A DNA stretch of 64,000 nucleotides from Gammaproteobacteria bacterium (GTDB lineage: Bacteria > Pseudomonadota > Gammaproteobacteria > JAJPIJ01): the NCBI GenBank assembly GCA_046347035.1, contig JAXMGY010000001.1, forward strand, positions 18,485-82,484. Direction: 5' to 3'. The position numbers were made by a program, and so were the translations under genes. The notes below the pieces were generated by a model, which had not been told where the DNA came from, ran no database searches, and saw only the letters and a list, made by a program, of their open reading frames with translations. Shown in pieces: positions 11,100-20,500 of the stretch; the first letter of the stretch is position 1; each line of letters opens with the position of its first letter.

Positions 11100-12122
11100 T
11101 TGTCAGTAGCTGTTCAATTCATGGGTGCTTCGCGTCGATATGGTGAAGTGCGCGCCGTGGACAAAGTTGATCTTTCGATCAATGACGGTGAATTCTTTGC
11201 CATGCTCGGGCCTTCGGGGTCAGGCAAAACCACTTGCCTGCGCCTTATTGCCGGCTTCGAGCAACCTGACGATGGCACGGTATTGATACACGGCCGCGAT
11301 ATGCGCGGCGTGCCGCCATTCGAACGCGACGTCAACACCGTGTTTCAGGACTACGCGCTATTTCCGCATATGAATGTGCTGGAGAACGTCGCCTACGGGT
11401 TGATGATCAAGAAAGTTCCACTTGCCGAGCGTCAGAAACGTGCCGAAGAGGCCTTGGAAATGGTGCAACTGGGCGGATTCGGCAGCCGCAAACCCTTTCA
11501 GCTTTCCGGCGGCCAACGTCAACGTGTGGCGTTGGCGCGGGCGCTGGTCAACCATCCCAAGGTGTTATTGCTTGACGAGCCGCTGGGTGCGCTCGATTTG
11601 AAACTGCGCGAGCAAATGCGCACTGAACTCAAGGCGCTGCAGCGCCGTGTTGGCATTACCTTCATTTTCGTTACGCACGATCAGGAAGAGGCGCTGGGCA
11701 TGAGTGATCGCGTGGCGGTGTTCAATCGTGGCCGCATCGAACAGCTCGGTACGCCCATGGAGATTTACGAACGGCCGAATACTGAATTCGTCGCCGGCTT
11801 TGTCGGGCTGTCGAATATTCTGCGCGCAGACGTTGCGCAGCGGTTGGTGGGATCGCCCGCGACGGTTGCCATCCGTCCCGAGAAAGTTTCACTGCAACCC
11901 GAAGGCTCTCATGTCGACGCCGCGAATTGCCAGGCACCGGGCATCATTGAGGATATGGAATTTCTTGGCGCGATAACTCGTGTCACCGTGAATCTGGCAG
12001 ATGGCACACCCATGGTGGTGCTGACGCAGAACAATGCCGCGCAGGAAGCAATCAAAATGAAAGCCGGCGATCGGGTCGTTTTGAGTTGGCGGCGCGGTGA
12101 CGTGCATACGCTTTCGCAATGA
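11100..12122 (+). CDS. ABC transporter ATP-binding protein, polyamine importer type (PotA/YdcT-like)
   Basis: Walker A 'GPSGSGKT'. Signature 'LSGGQRQRVALARA'. Walker B 'LLLDEP'. C-terminal TOBE-like extension. TTG start at 11100 after an AAGGAGG RBS. Confidence 0.85.
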   Translation: MSVAVQFMGASRRYGEVRAVDKVDLSINDGEFFAMLGPSGSGKTTCLRLIAGFEQPDDGTVLIHGRDMRGVPPFERDVNTVFQDYALFPHMNVLENVAYGLMIKKVPLAERQKRAEEALEMVQLGGFGSRKPFQLSGGQRQRVALARALVNHPKVLLLDEPLGALDLKLREQMRTELKALQRRVGITFIFVTHDQEEALGMSDRVAVFNRGRIEQLGTPMEIYERPNTEFVAGFVGLSNILRADVAQRLVGSPATVAIRPEKVSLQPEGSHVDAANCQAPGIIEDMEFLGAITRVTVNLADGTPMVVLTQNNAAQEAIKMKAGDRVVLSWRRGDVHTLSQ

Positions 12123-13063
12123 ACGTTGAGATGAGCTCCGTCAGCGCTGCAACGGCTACACCGGGTTGGCGTGCGCTTTCCATCGCCTTCTATCGTCGGC
12201 CAAAGTTGTTGTTGCTTTTGTTGTTAGCGCCACCTGTGCTATGGCTCGGGGTCGTATATCTCGGTTCGCTGCTCGCGCTATTGGCGCAAAGCTTCTTTTA
12301 CATAGACGAGTTTTCTGGACGTATTGTTCGCGAGTTCTCCTTGCGCACCTATCAACAGCTTTTTTCCGCCGCCAATGTCGACATCATCCTGCGCACGGTG
12401 TTGATGGCCACCATGGTTATCTGACCGACGCAATTATTGCGTTTCCGATTGCGCTTATGTTGCACGCTATGCGACGGACGTGCGCGCCATCTTTTTATAT
12501 CGGTGTGATGCTGCCACTGTGGTCGAGTTATTTGGTGAAGGTATACGCGTGGAAACTTCTGCTTGCGAAGGAAGGCGCGATCAGCTGGCTGTTCGCGAAG
12601 CTGAACTGGGCTGGTTACTCGATGCGCTGTTGGCGTTGCCGGTGATTGGCGGTAATTCCTTGTCGACGTCGTACATCGGACGTACCTGGTGTTTTGTTAT
12701 ATCTGGCTGCCCTTCATGATTTTGCCAATCCAGGCCGCGCTTGAGCGCGTGCCTAAAACATTTATTGAAGCATCCTCGGATCTGGGTGCGCGACCAGCGG
12801 AAACGTTTCGCAATGTCGTCCTGCCGCTGGCCCTACCCGGGGTTATCGCCGGATCAATTTTCACTTTCTCACTGACGCTCGGCGACTACATCATTCCGCA
12901 AATCGTCGGCTCGTCGCGCTATTTCATCGGTCAGGCGGTGTACCAGCATCAGGGTACAGCGGGCAACATTCCGCTGGCGGCAGCCTTGTCGGTCGTGCCC
13001 ATCGTGATCATGATGATCTACCTCAGCATCGCCAAGAAGAAAGGCGCCTTCGATGCGCTCTGA
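12119..13063 (+). pseudogene. ABC transporter permease (PotH/YdcU-like), with at least two frameshifts
   Basis: Three consecutive ORFs in different frames (12119..12424, 12166..12645, 12689..13063) tile one permease. The EAA-loop '[21 protein letters not shown]' is present. Confidence 0.65.
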
Positions 13064-13859
13064 AGCTGGCAGCCTTGGATTGCGCGCTGCAGCTTTTGGC
13101 GGACTGCTGTTTCTGCATCTGCCGTTGCTATTCATTCTGCTCTACGCGTTTACCACCGAAGACAAGTCATACATGTTCCCGCCACCTGGCCTGACGCTGA
13201 AGTGGTTTGCCGTCGCCTGGGATCGCCCCGATGTGTGGCAGGCATTGAAGCTTTCGCTCAAAGTCGCCAGCGTGGCGACCTTACTGGCCATGGTATTGGG
13301 AACCCTGGCGGCGGCAGCGGTGTGGCGTGGCAAATTCTTTGGGCGGGAAACCATCTCGCTGTTGCTGATTCTTCCGATCGCCCTGCCCGGCATCATCACC
13401 GGCATTTCGCTGCGTTCCGCATTCAACCTGCTCGACATTCCCTTCAGTTTCTGGACTATTGTCCTTGGCCACGCGACATTTTGCATCGTAGTGGTCTATA
13501 ACAATGTCATTGCGCGATTCCGCCGCACGTCAACATCGCTGATCGAGGCCTCCTCGGATCTGGGCGCCGACGGTTTTCAGACCTTTCGTTACGTGATCCT
13601 GCCCAATATCGCCACCGCCCTGCTTGCAGGCGGCATGCTGGCCTTTGCGCTTTCATTCGATGAGGTTATCGTGACAACATTTACTGCCGGGCAGAGCGCA
13701 ACCCTGCCAATCTGGATGCTGGAGGAACTGGTGCGCCCGCGACAGCGGCCGGTGACCAACGTGGTGGCGGTGGCAGTGATCACACTGACTTTCATTCCAA
13801 TTTTGTTAGCCTTCTATTTGACTCGCGGGACTGAGACCACTGCGGGTTCGGGCAAATAA
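13053..13859 (+). CDS. ABC transporter permease (PotI/YdcV-like)
   Basis: Intact 268-aa ORF with six TM segments and EAA-loop '[21 protein letters not shown]'. Confidence 0.8.
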   Translation: MRSEAGSLGLRAAAFGGLLFLHLPLLFILLYAFTTEDKSYMFPPPGLTLKWFAVAWDRPDVWQALKLSLKVASVATLLAMVLGTLAAAAVWRGKFFGRETISLLLILPIALPGIITGISLRSAFNLLDIPFSFWTIVLGHATFCIVVVYNNVIARFRRTSTSLIEASSDLGADGFQTFRYVILPNIATALLAGGMLAFALSFDEVIVTTFTAGQSATLPIWMLEELVRPRQRPVTNVVAVAVITLTFIPILLAFYLTRGTETTAGSGK

Positions 13860-13886
13860 ACCATTGAATAGTGCGGGAGACTCAAG

Positions 13887-15299
13887 ATGATTACCAAAGA
13901 CATGCTGATCAACGGTCGGATGCAGGCCGGCACGGGAGGTGACTACGATGTGCTCAATCCCGCCACGGGCAAGTCACTGATCAAGGTCCCACAGGCAGGT
14001 GCCGAGCAGATCGACGCGGCGGTCGCCGGCGCGCAGGGCGCGTTTGACGCCTGGTCGCGCACTACGCCGCAGGAGCGCTCGTTGATTCTGTTGAAGTTGG
14101 CCGATCGCATCGAAAGTAACGCTGAGGTTTTTGCCAAGCTCGAATCGCAAAACTGCGGCAAGCCCTACGCACGCGTGCTGGTCGATGAAATGCCGGCCAT
14201 CGTCGATGTGTTTCGTTACTTTGCCGGCGCCGTGCGTTGCATGACCGGCAGTGCCGCTGATGAATATATCTCCGGCTTCACCAGCATGATCCGCCGCGAT
14301 CCCGTGGGCGTGGTGGCTTCGATCGCGCCATGGAATTATCCATTGATGATGGCGGCATGGAAAATTGCGCCCGCCATCGCCGCCGGTAACACCATTGTGC
14401 TGAAGCCGTCCGAGCAAACACCGCTGACAACTTTGAAGCTTGCCGAGATCGCCGCGGAGTTTCTGCCGCCTGGAGTGCTCAACATCGTCACCGGCGTGGG
14501 CGATCCGGTGGGCACCACGCTCATCAATCATCCCGGCGTGAAGATGATTTCACTGACTGGCAGCATCGCCACTGGCCATAAGGTGCTCGAAGCCGCCTCA
14601 CGCAGCATCAAGCGCACGCATCTGGAATTGGGTGGCAAGGCACCGGTGATTGTCTTTGACGATGCTGACATCAACGAGGTGGTGCAGGGGATTAAAGTGT
14701 TTGGCTACTACAATGCCGGCCAGGATTGCACAGCCGCCTGCCGCATCTACGCCGAAGCGCGCATCTATGAAAAATTGGTGGCCGATCTGGGTGCCGCCGT
14801 CAGCGACATTAAATATGGACAGCCGGAAGACGATGCGTCGGAAATCGGGCCGTTGATCAGCGCGCGGCAACGCGATCGCGTTGCCGGCTTTGTCGATCGC
14901 GCGCGCACCAAGAAGCACATCGAAGTAGTCGCCGGTGGCAATCCTGGGGAAGGCGCGGTTTTTTCTATCAACCCACACTCGTCGCCGGTGCGCATCAGGA
15001 TGATGAAATCGTGCGCCAGGAAGTGTTCGGCCCGGTGGTATCGGTAACGCGTTTTGCCGATGTGGATCAGGCGGTCGCTCTGGGCGAATGACTCGAATAC
15101 GGCTTGGCTTCCTCGGTGTGGAGTCAGGAATATCAGTCGCGCCATGCAGGTGGCTTCACGGCTGCAATATGGATGCACGTGGATCAATACGCACTTCATG
15201 CTGTGTTCGAAAATGCCGCATGGTGGCTTCAAACAATCCGGCTATGGCAAGGATCTTTCCATGTACGCGCTGGAAGACTACACCACGTGCGCCATGTGA
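13887..15299 (+). pseudogene. patD: Gamma-aminobutyraldehyde dehydrogenase (PatD/YdcW family); the 3' third is disrupted by about three frameshifts
   Basis: ORF 13887..15047 carries the ALDH core ('PWNYPLMMAAWK', 'ELGGKAP'). Shifted frames downstream still read 'GFFYQPTLVAG...EVFGPVVSVTRF' and 'PHGGFKQSGYGKDLSMYALEDYT'. Confidence 0.75.
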
Positions 15300-15309
15300 T
15301 GGTCAAGCT

Positions 15310-15882
15310 TTGACTACGGTAACGGCGCCGAACCTCAATACGCTGCCGGCGGATCTGCCGGTACCGAAGGATGATGGTGCCGCGGATCACTTGGTTGGTT
15401 TGTCATTGCCTGCTGTATCGCTGCCGGCAACCACCGGTCCGGCTATCAATCCGGCCACACTGCGTGGCATCGCTGTCATCTACTGCTATCCGATGACGGG
15501 CCGGCCCAACGTGCCCTTGCCGGAGGGTTGGGATGCCATACCCGGCGCGCGCGGCTGCACGCCGCAGTCCTGCGCCTTTCGCGATCACTATTCGGAACTG
15601 CAGCAGTTGGGCGCGAAGGTGTTTGGCGTCAGCACACAGAGCACCGACTACCAACGCGAGGCCGCCGAGAGACTGCACCTGCCGTTCGCGTTGCTCAGCG
15701 ATGTGGATTTGAATTTTGCGAATGCATTGCGATTGCCAGCATTTCAAGTCGATGGTATGCAGTTGATCAAGCGGCTGACTTTGATTGCCCGCGACGCGTC
15801 AATCGTCAAAGTGTTCTATCCGGTATTTCCATCGGATCGGAATGCCGGAGATGTCGTCCAGTGGTTGAAGTCACATGCATGA
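15310..15882 (+). CDS. Peroxiredoxin (AhpC/TSA-Bcp-like)
   Basis: 'GCTPQSCAFRD' peroxidatic-Cys context and 'KVFGVSTQS'. The upstream part of track ORF 15088..15882 is read-through of the patD tail. Start proposed at TTG 15310, just after the patD stop. Confidence 0.6.
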   Translation: MTTVTAPNLNTLPADLPVPKDDGAADHLVGLSLPAVSLPATTGPAINPATLRGIAVIYCYPMTGRPNVPLPEGWDAIPGARGCTPQSCAFRDHYSELQQLGAKVFGVSTQSTDYQREAAERLHLPFALLSDVDLNFANALRLPAFQVDGMQLIKRLTLIARDASIVKVFYPVFPSDRNAGDVVQWLKSHA

Positions 15883-16505
15883 TCGGCTCAACGCCAAACA
15901 GATTCCGCGCGGCAGGCATCAGGATCGCTACCTAAGTTTCGAGGAACTTGCTGCGGTCGAACGCGAGGATATCGACTACCGCATCGTGGTGCGCGAAGTG
16001 CCAGGTGCGTCGCATGCTGTTATCACACCGCATGGCGGCGGCATCGAGCGCGGCACCACGCAAATCGCGCGCGCCATCGCTGGCGACACGCATCATCTCT
16101 ATCTGTTTGAAGGGTTGAAACCGCGCGGCAATCTCAATGCACTCCACATCACCAGCCGCCGCTTCGATGAGCCCCGTTGCCTTGAATTAGTTGCGCGCAG
16201 CGAGACTGTCATCAGTGTGCATGGTTGCGGGTCTGGATGAGCGGGTGTACATTGGTGGTTTGCACGAAGAGCTGAAGTTGGCTGTCGCGAGTGCATTGGA
16301 AGGAATTGGTGTTGAAGCGTGTCTTGACGATCACGCATTCCCAGCTATCAACTCTGACAACATATGCAATCGCGGCGTAAGCGGACGCGGCGTGCAACTG
16401 GAATTCACAACGGGTATTCGGCGGCTGATGAAATCGCCGCTCATCGGTACGGCGATCAGAGATGTTCTAGCCAACACAATAAATCCAAGTATTCAAATAG
16501 GTTAG
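15875..16505 (+). pseudogene. Poly-gamma-glutamate hydrolase family protein (YjqB/UPF0714-like), frameshift near 16235
   Basis: ORFs 15875..16240 and 16191..16505 tile one protein ('VITPHGGGIERGT', 'SVHGC'). Confidence 0.5.
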
Positions 16506-16777
16506 TCAAAATATTTAACAAGCGCTGTAAGGCTGTAGAACTACAGCGCAAGCTATTGATCGCAACGTTAAAGGATAGATATGCGCTTGGGATGAGAATC
16601 AACAGCGCTCGTTGTAGTAAAAAATTCACTTGACGAATTCGTGACGAAGTGAACTAAACTAAATGCCATGGAACGATGGCGGCTATAGCTGAGATCGTTA
16701 CTGGAAACGCTTGTCGCTAAACAGCGATTGAGCGTTCCCTTAAAGGTGCAACGGAATTTGTCCTAAGGGGAATGGAC

Positions 16778-17461
16778 ATGGGAGAGGTGTTGCGCATATG
16801 GATTTCAGAGGGACGACGGCTTCGCGTTACACTCGCGCTGCTGTTCTGCTTGCATTTTCTCCTCTACTCCCCGCTTCTCTTTGCAGGCTCCGGCTCGTTG
16901 CTGGATTGCACGCAACATCGCTGTGATCTTCTGAAAGATGGTGCGTATCAAGAATTTATTATCGGTACCGTTGCAGCTGTTGGCACCGATGATGACACGC
17001 GCGGCCTCGTCAAATGGGCCAAATTAAATGGCTTTTGGTCGTCCGCACTTGACGATACCGAAGCTTATGTTCGCACCGCTACTGTCGTTCTAATCAACGT
17101 CGCTGGCATCACGCCCACCGCTCCCATTCCGGTTCTCGTCACCAAGACGGAGTTGGGTGCCGCCACCCTCAAGCCGGGCGATTTGCTTAGGTATGGACCA
17201 CATATTGAAAGGTACAAGCATTGGCGTGGCGATCCGGCCGAAACGGGAATCTACAACGAGCTTACCGGCTACTACATCATTCTGTGTGGCCACCAAAATA
17301 TGGACTGTTTTAAAGACTACGTGCAGGGAGCCTTTAATCGCCAAAGTGGCCGACAAATTGAAATCTTTGGCAAGCAAGAAATCGCAAATGGCGTGGTGAT
17401 TGACACTAAACGGCTACAGCCCGTGTCAAATCCAAGTGTCGAGGAAAGTGAATCAAAGTAA
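16778..17461 (+). CDS. Hypothetical secreted/membrane-anchored protein immediately upstream of the RHS toxin gene
   Basis: N-terminal hydrophobic segment 'LRVTLALLFCLHFLLYSPLLFAG'. AAGGGGA RBS 6 nt before the ATG at 16778. A Cys-Gly-His triad-like stretch 'YYIILCGHQNMDC'. No family recognised. Confidence 0.5.
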   Translation: MGEVLRIWISEGRRLRVTLALLFCLHFLLYSPLLFAGSGSLLDCTQHRCDLLKDGAYQEFIIGTVAAVGTDDDTRGLVKWAKLNGFWSSALDDTEAYVRTATVVLINVAGITPTAPIPVLVTKTELGAATLKPGDLLRYGPHIERYKHWRGDPAETGIYNELTGYYIILCGHQNMDCFKDYVQGAFNRQSGRQIEIFGKQEIANGVVIDTKRLQPVSNPSVEESESK

Positions 17462-17569
17462 CAGCTATCGCTGGGAACAAAGTATTGCGACCGCAAGTAA
17501 TTTGAGGGCATTTCGAGAACTACAAAGCACCGTCACTAGAGCTGTAGGAGAAGGGAAAGGAGATCGGCA

Positions 17570-20500
17570 ATGAAAAAGGTGTCTTGGACGATATGGGCTG
17601 TCGTTGTAGTTGTGGTGACACTGGCATTTGAAAAAGCAGGGGCGACCCCAGTACCGGAAAATGGACTGTCAGATCTCATTACAGCCTTGCAGCTAACAGA
17701 ACCGGTCGTCGCGACGACTAAATCAACCGACCAAGACCGAGCCGAAATCGAACGTCTCATCGAGCGCACCGCTTCGATGTCTCGTGCGGAGAAAGCTGAA
17801 GCGATTGCCGAGTTTATCGATCATCACCCCCACTCGCCTTTTCGAGTTGCACTCGAAGCTAATCTGGGCTTTCAGTACCTGCATGACGGATATGTTTCCA
17901 GGGCGATCACGTCGCTCAGCGCTGCCTGGGAGCACGGGCGAGAGGCGCGCGGATTAGCCATTGAAGCGCTTGTAGACAAAGCTGTTGGTGACCTGCTTGT
18001 CACCCACGCACGTCTGGGGCACAGCAATGAGACCGAACGTTTACTGACTGAGATTTCCGGGCGACCCATCATGGGTAGCGCAGATGTCGCAGTCAGCACC
18101 GCTCGGGACGGCCTGTGGCAAATCCAACATGAACCGGAACAGGCACTGCGCTGTGGGGCTATGGCATTGAACGCACTGCTGCAGTCGCGGCACAGCGACG
18201 CGGCTCTGCGATCCGAATTGATGAACATCGCGGTCGATAAACAAGGCATGAGCCTCGCGCAGATTGCTAAACTGGCTGAGCACCACGGCGTTACCTTGAA
18301 AGCGGTCAGGTCCCTGCAACGCGATGCTGTTGTACCGGTGCCCGCGATTGTGCATTGGAATGTGGGCCACTACGCGGCGGTGCTTGCGAAAAACGGCAAG
18401 GAATATCTAGTCGATGACCCGGTATTCGGCGGACGTAAATGGATTTCGTCGGATGCACTGCAAGCAGAGACAAGCGGACACTTCCTTGTTCTTGCCGATG
18501 CGCCGGCTACAGATTGGGCCGAGCTTGCGACAAAAGAGGCTGCAAACATTCGTGGTGCGGGATACACAAACACCGACGATCCTCTCTACACCCGCCCGCA
18601 GGATCACAAGGAGTGCGACCAACCTTGCGGCAGCAGCAACCCTCCTGGGGGAATGCCGGTCCCTGCTGTGCACTCGATGCTGGTGAGCCTGAACATTGTC
18701 GACCGACCCGTGAGTTACACCCCGCCCAAGGGGACCGACGTCGACGTGGTGCTGACCTACAACCAGAAAGAATCAGACCTTCAACCAGCCGTATTCACGT
18801 ACTCAAACTTTGGTCCCAAATGGAACTTCAACTGGCTAAGTTTCATACAGGATGACCCAAACTCGCCCGGCAACAGTGTTATGCGTTACGTCGCTGGTGG
18901 TGGTGGGCAACGTTATTCCGGCTTCAATTCGTCGACGGGTGCCTTTACACCCGAGAAGCGCAGCGGCGCCCAGTTGGTGAAGACGGCTGCGAATACCTAC
19001 GAATTGAGGGATGCCGACGGTTCTAAGGAAGTGTTCGGATTTTCCGACGGAAGCACGGGTTATCCTCGCAAGATATTCATGACACAACGTGTTGACGCAG
19101 CCGGTAATGCCGTGACGCTGCAGTACGATGCACAACGTCGCCTCACCGGAATCGTCGATGCCATCGGGCAGACCACGACACTGCAATACACCCACACCAA
19201 TCCGTTACTGATAACAGCGATAACCGATCCTTTTGGTCGAAAAGCGACTGTTACGTACGATACGTCGGGAAGGCTGTCTTCGATCAAGGACGCGATCAAT
19301 CTAACGTCCTCGTTTACCTACGATACAGGTACATTCATCACCGCGATGACTACCCCGTACGGAACCACCCAATTCGCTTACGGGGAGGGAGATAACCGCC
19401 AGCGATGGCTTGAGATCACCGATGCGCTCGGTAAGAAGTCGCGCGTCGAGTTCCGGCACAACGCACCATATCCCGCTTTTGATCAGACGCCACCGACAAA
19501 CGACTTTCGAACCACGTGGTTTCACTCACGGAATACCTACTATTGGGATCAAACCGCGATGGCATTAGCGCCAGGTGACTATACCAAGGCCCGCATCAAG
19601 CACTGGGTGCATCGAGGAGACAAAGACAGCGAAACCGACGGTGTTCTTGAGTCGGTAAAATATCCACTCGAAAACCAGATTTGGTACAAGTACCCTGGTC
19701 AAGGTGACACAGCCTTCAGTGGCAGCTTTGACAAACCAATTCTGATTGCGCAGACGCAACCTGACGGCACGGCAAAACTGGAGAGATATGAATACAACCA
19801 GTTCGGCAAAGTGACCCGCTACATCAACCCACTCGGCCACGAGTACGTCTACGAATATGACACTAACCAAATCGATTTGCTGCGGATCAAGCGACGCAGG
19901 GTAAGCACTGACACGCTCGATACCTTTGCGCAATACACTTACAACACGCAGCACCGCGTTCTCACATATACCGATGCTGCAGGCGGTATCACGAGATATA
20001 CGTACAACACCGCTGGGCAGCTTCTCTCTCAGATCACGCCGGCAAACGAGACGACCAGTTACGCTTATGACGCCAAGGGCTATCTCACCAGCATCACCAA
20101 TCCCCGCGCGCAGACAGCGGTAACCTATACATACGATGCCGTCGGCCGCGTCAACAAGCGCACTGATTCGCAAGGATCTATCCAATATGCCTATGACAAT
20201 TTGGATCGGCTGACGACAACGACATACAGCGACACGACGACGGAAACGAACACATACGACAAGCTGGACGTGAGCGTTGCAAAAGATCGCAACGGAAAGC
20301 TTACCCGCTATGCATACGATGCGGTTCGCAATCTCGTCTCAGTCACCGATCCGCTTAATCAGGTGGTGCAATACACCTACTTCGAGAACCGTTTACCCAA
20401 GACAGTTAAGGATGCACGCAATAATGTGACAAGCTGGACGCGTGATATTCAGGGGCGAGTACTCAGCGAAAGCAGTCCTGATCGCGGCGCTACCACATAT

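Noticed and set aside
2817-15299. Programmed ribosomal frameshifting as an explanation for the split genes
   Set aside because: Shifts occur in both directions and at many unrelated positions without slippery heptamers or downstream structures. The pattern fits indels, whether errors or decay, rather than recoding.
19565-20185. 206-aa minus-strand ORF inside the RHS gene
   Set aside because: Antisense to an intact 1602-aa RHS ORF with clear repeats. No independent support.
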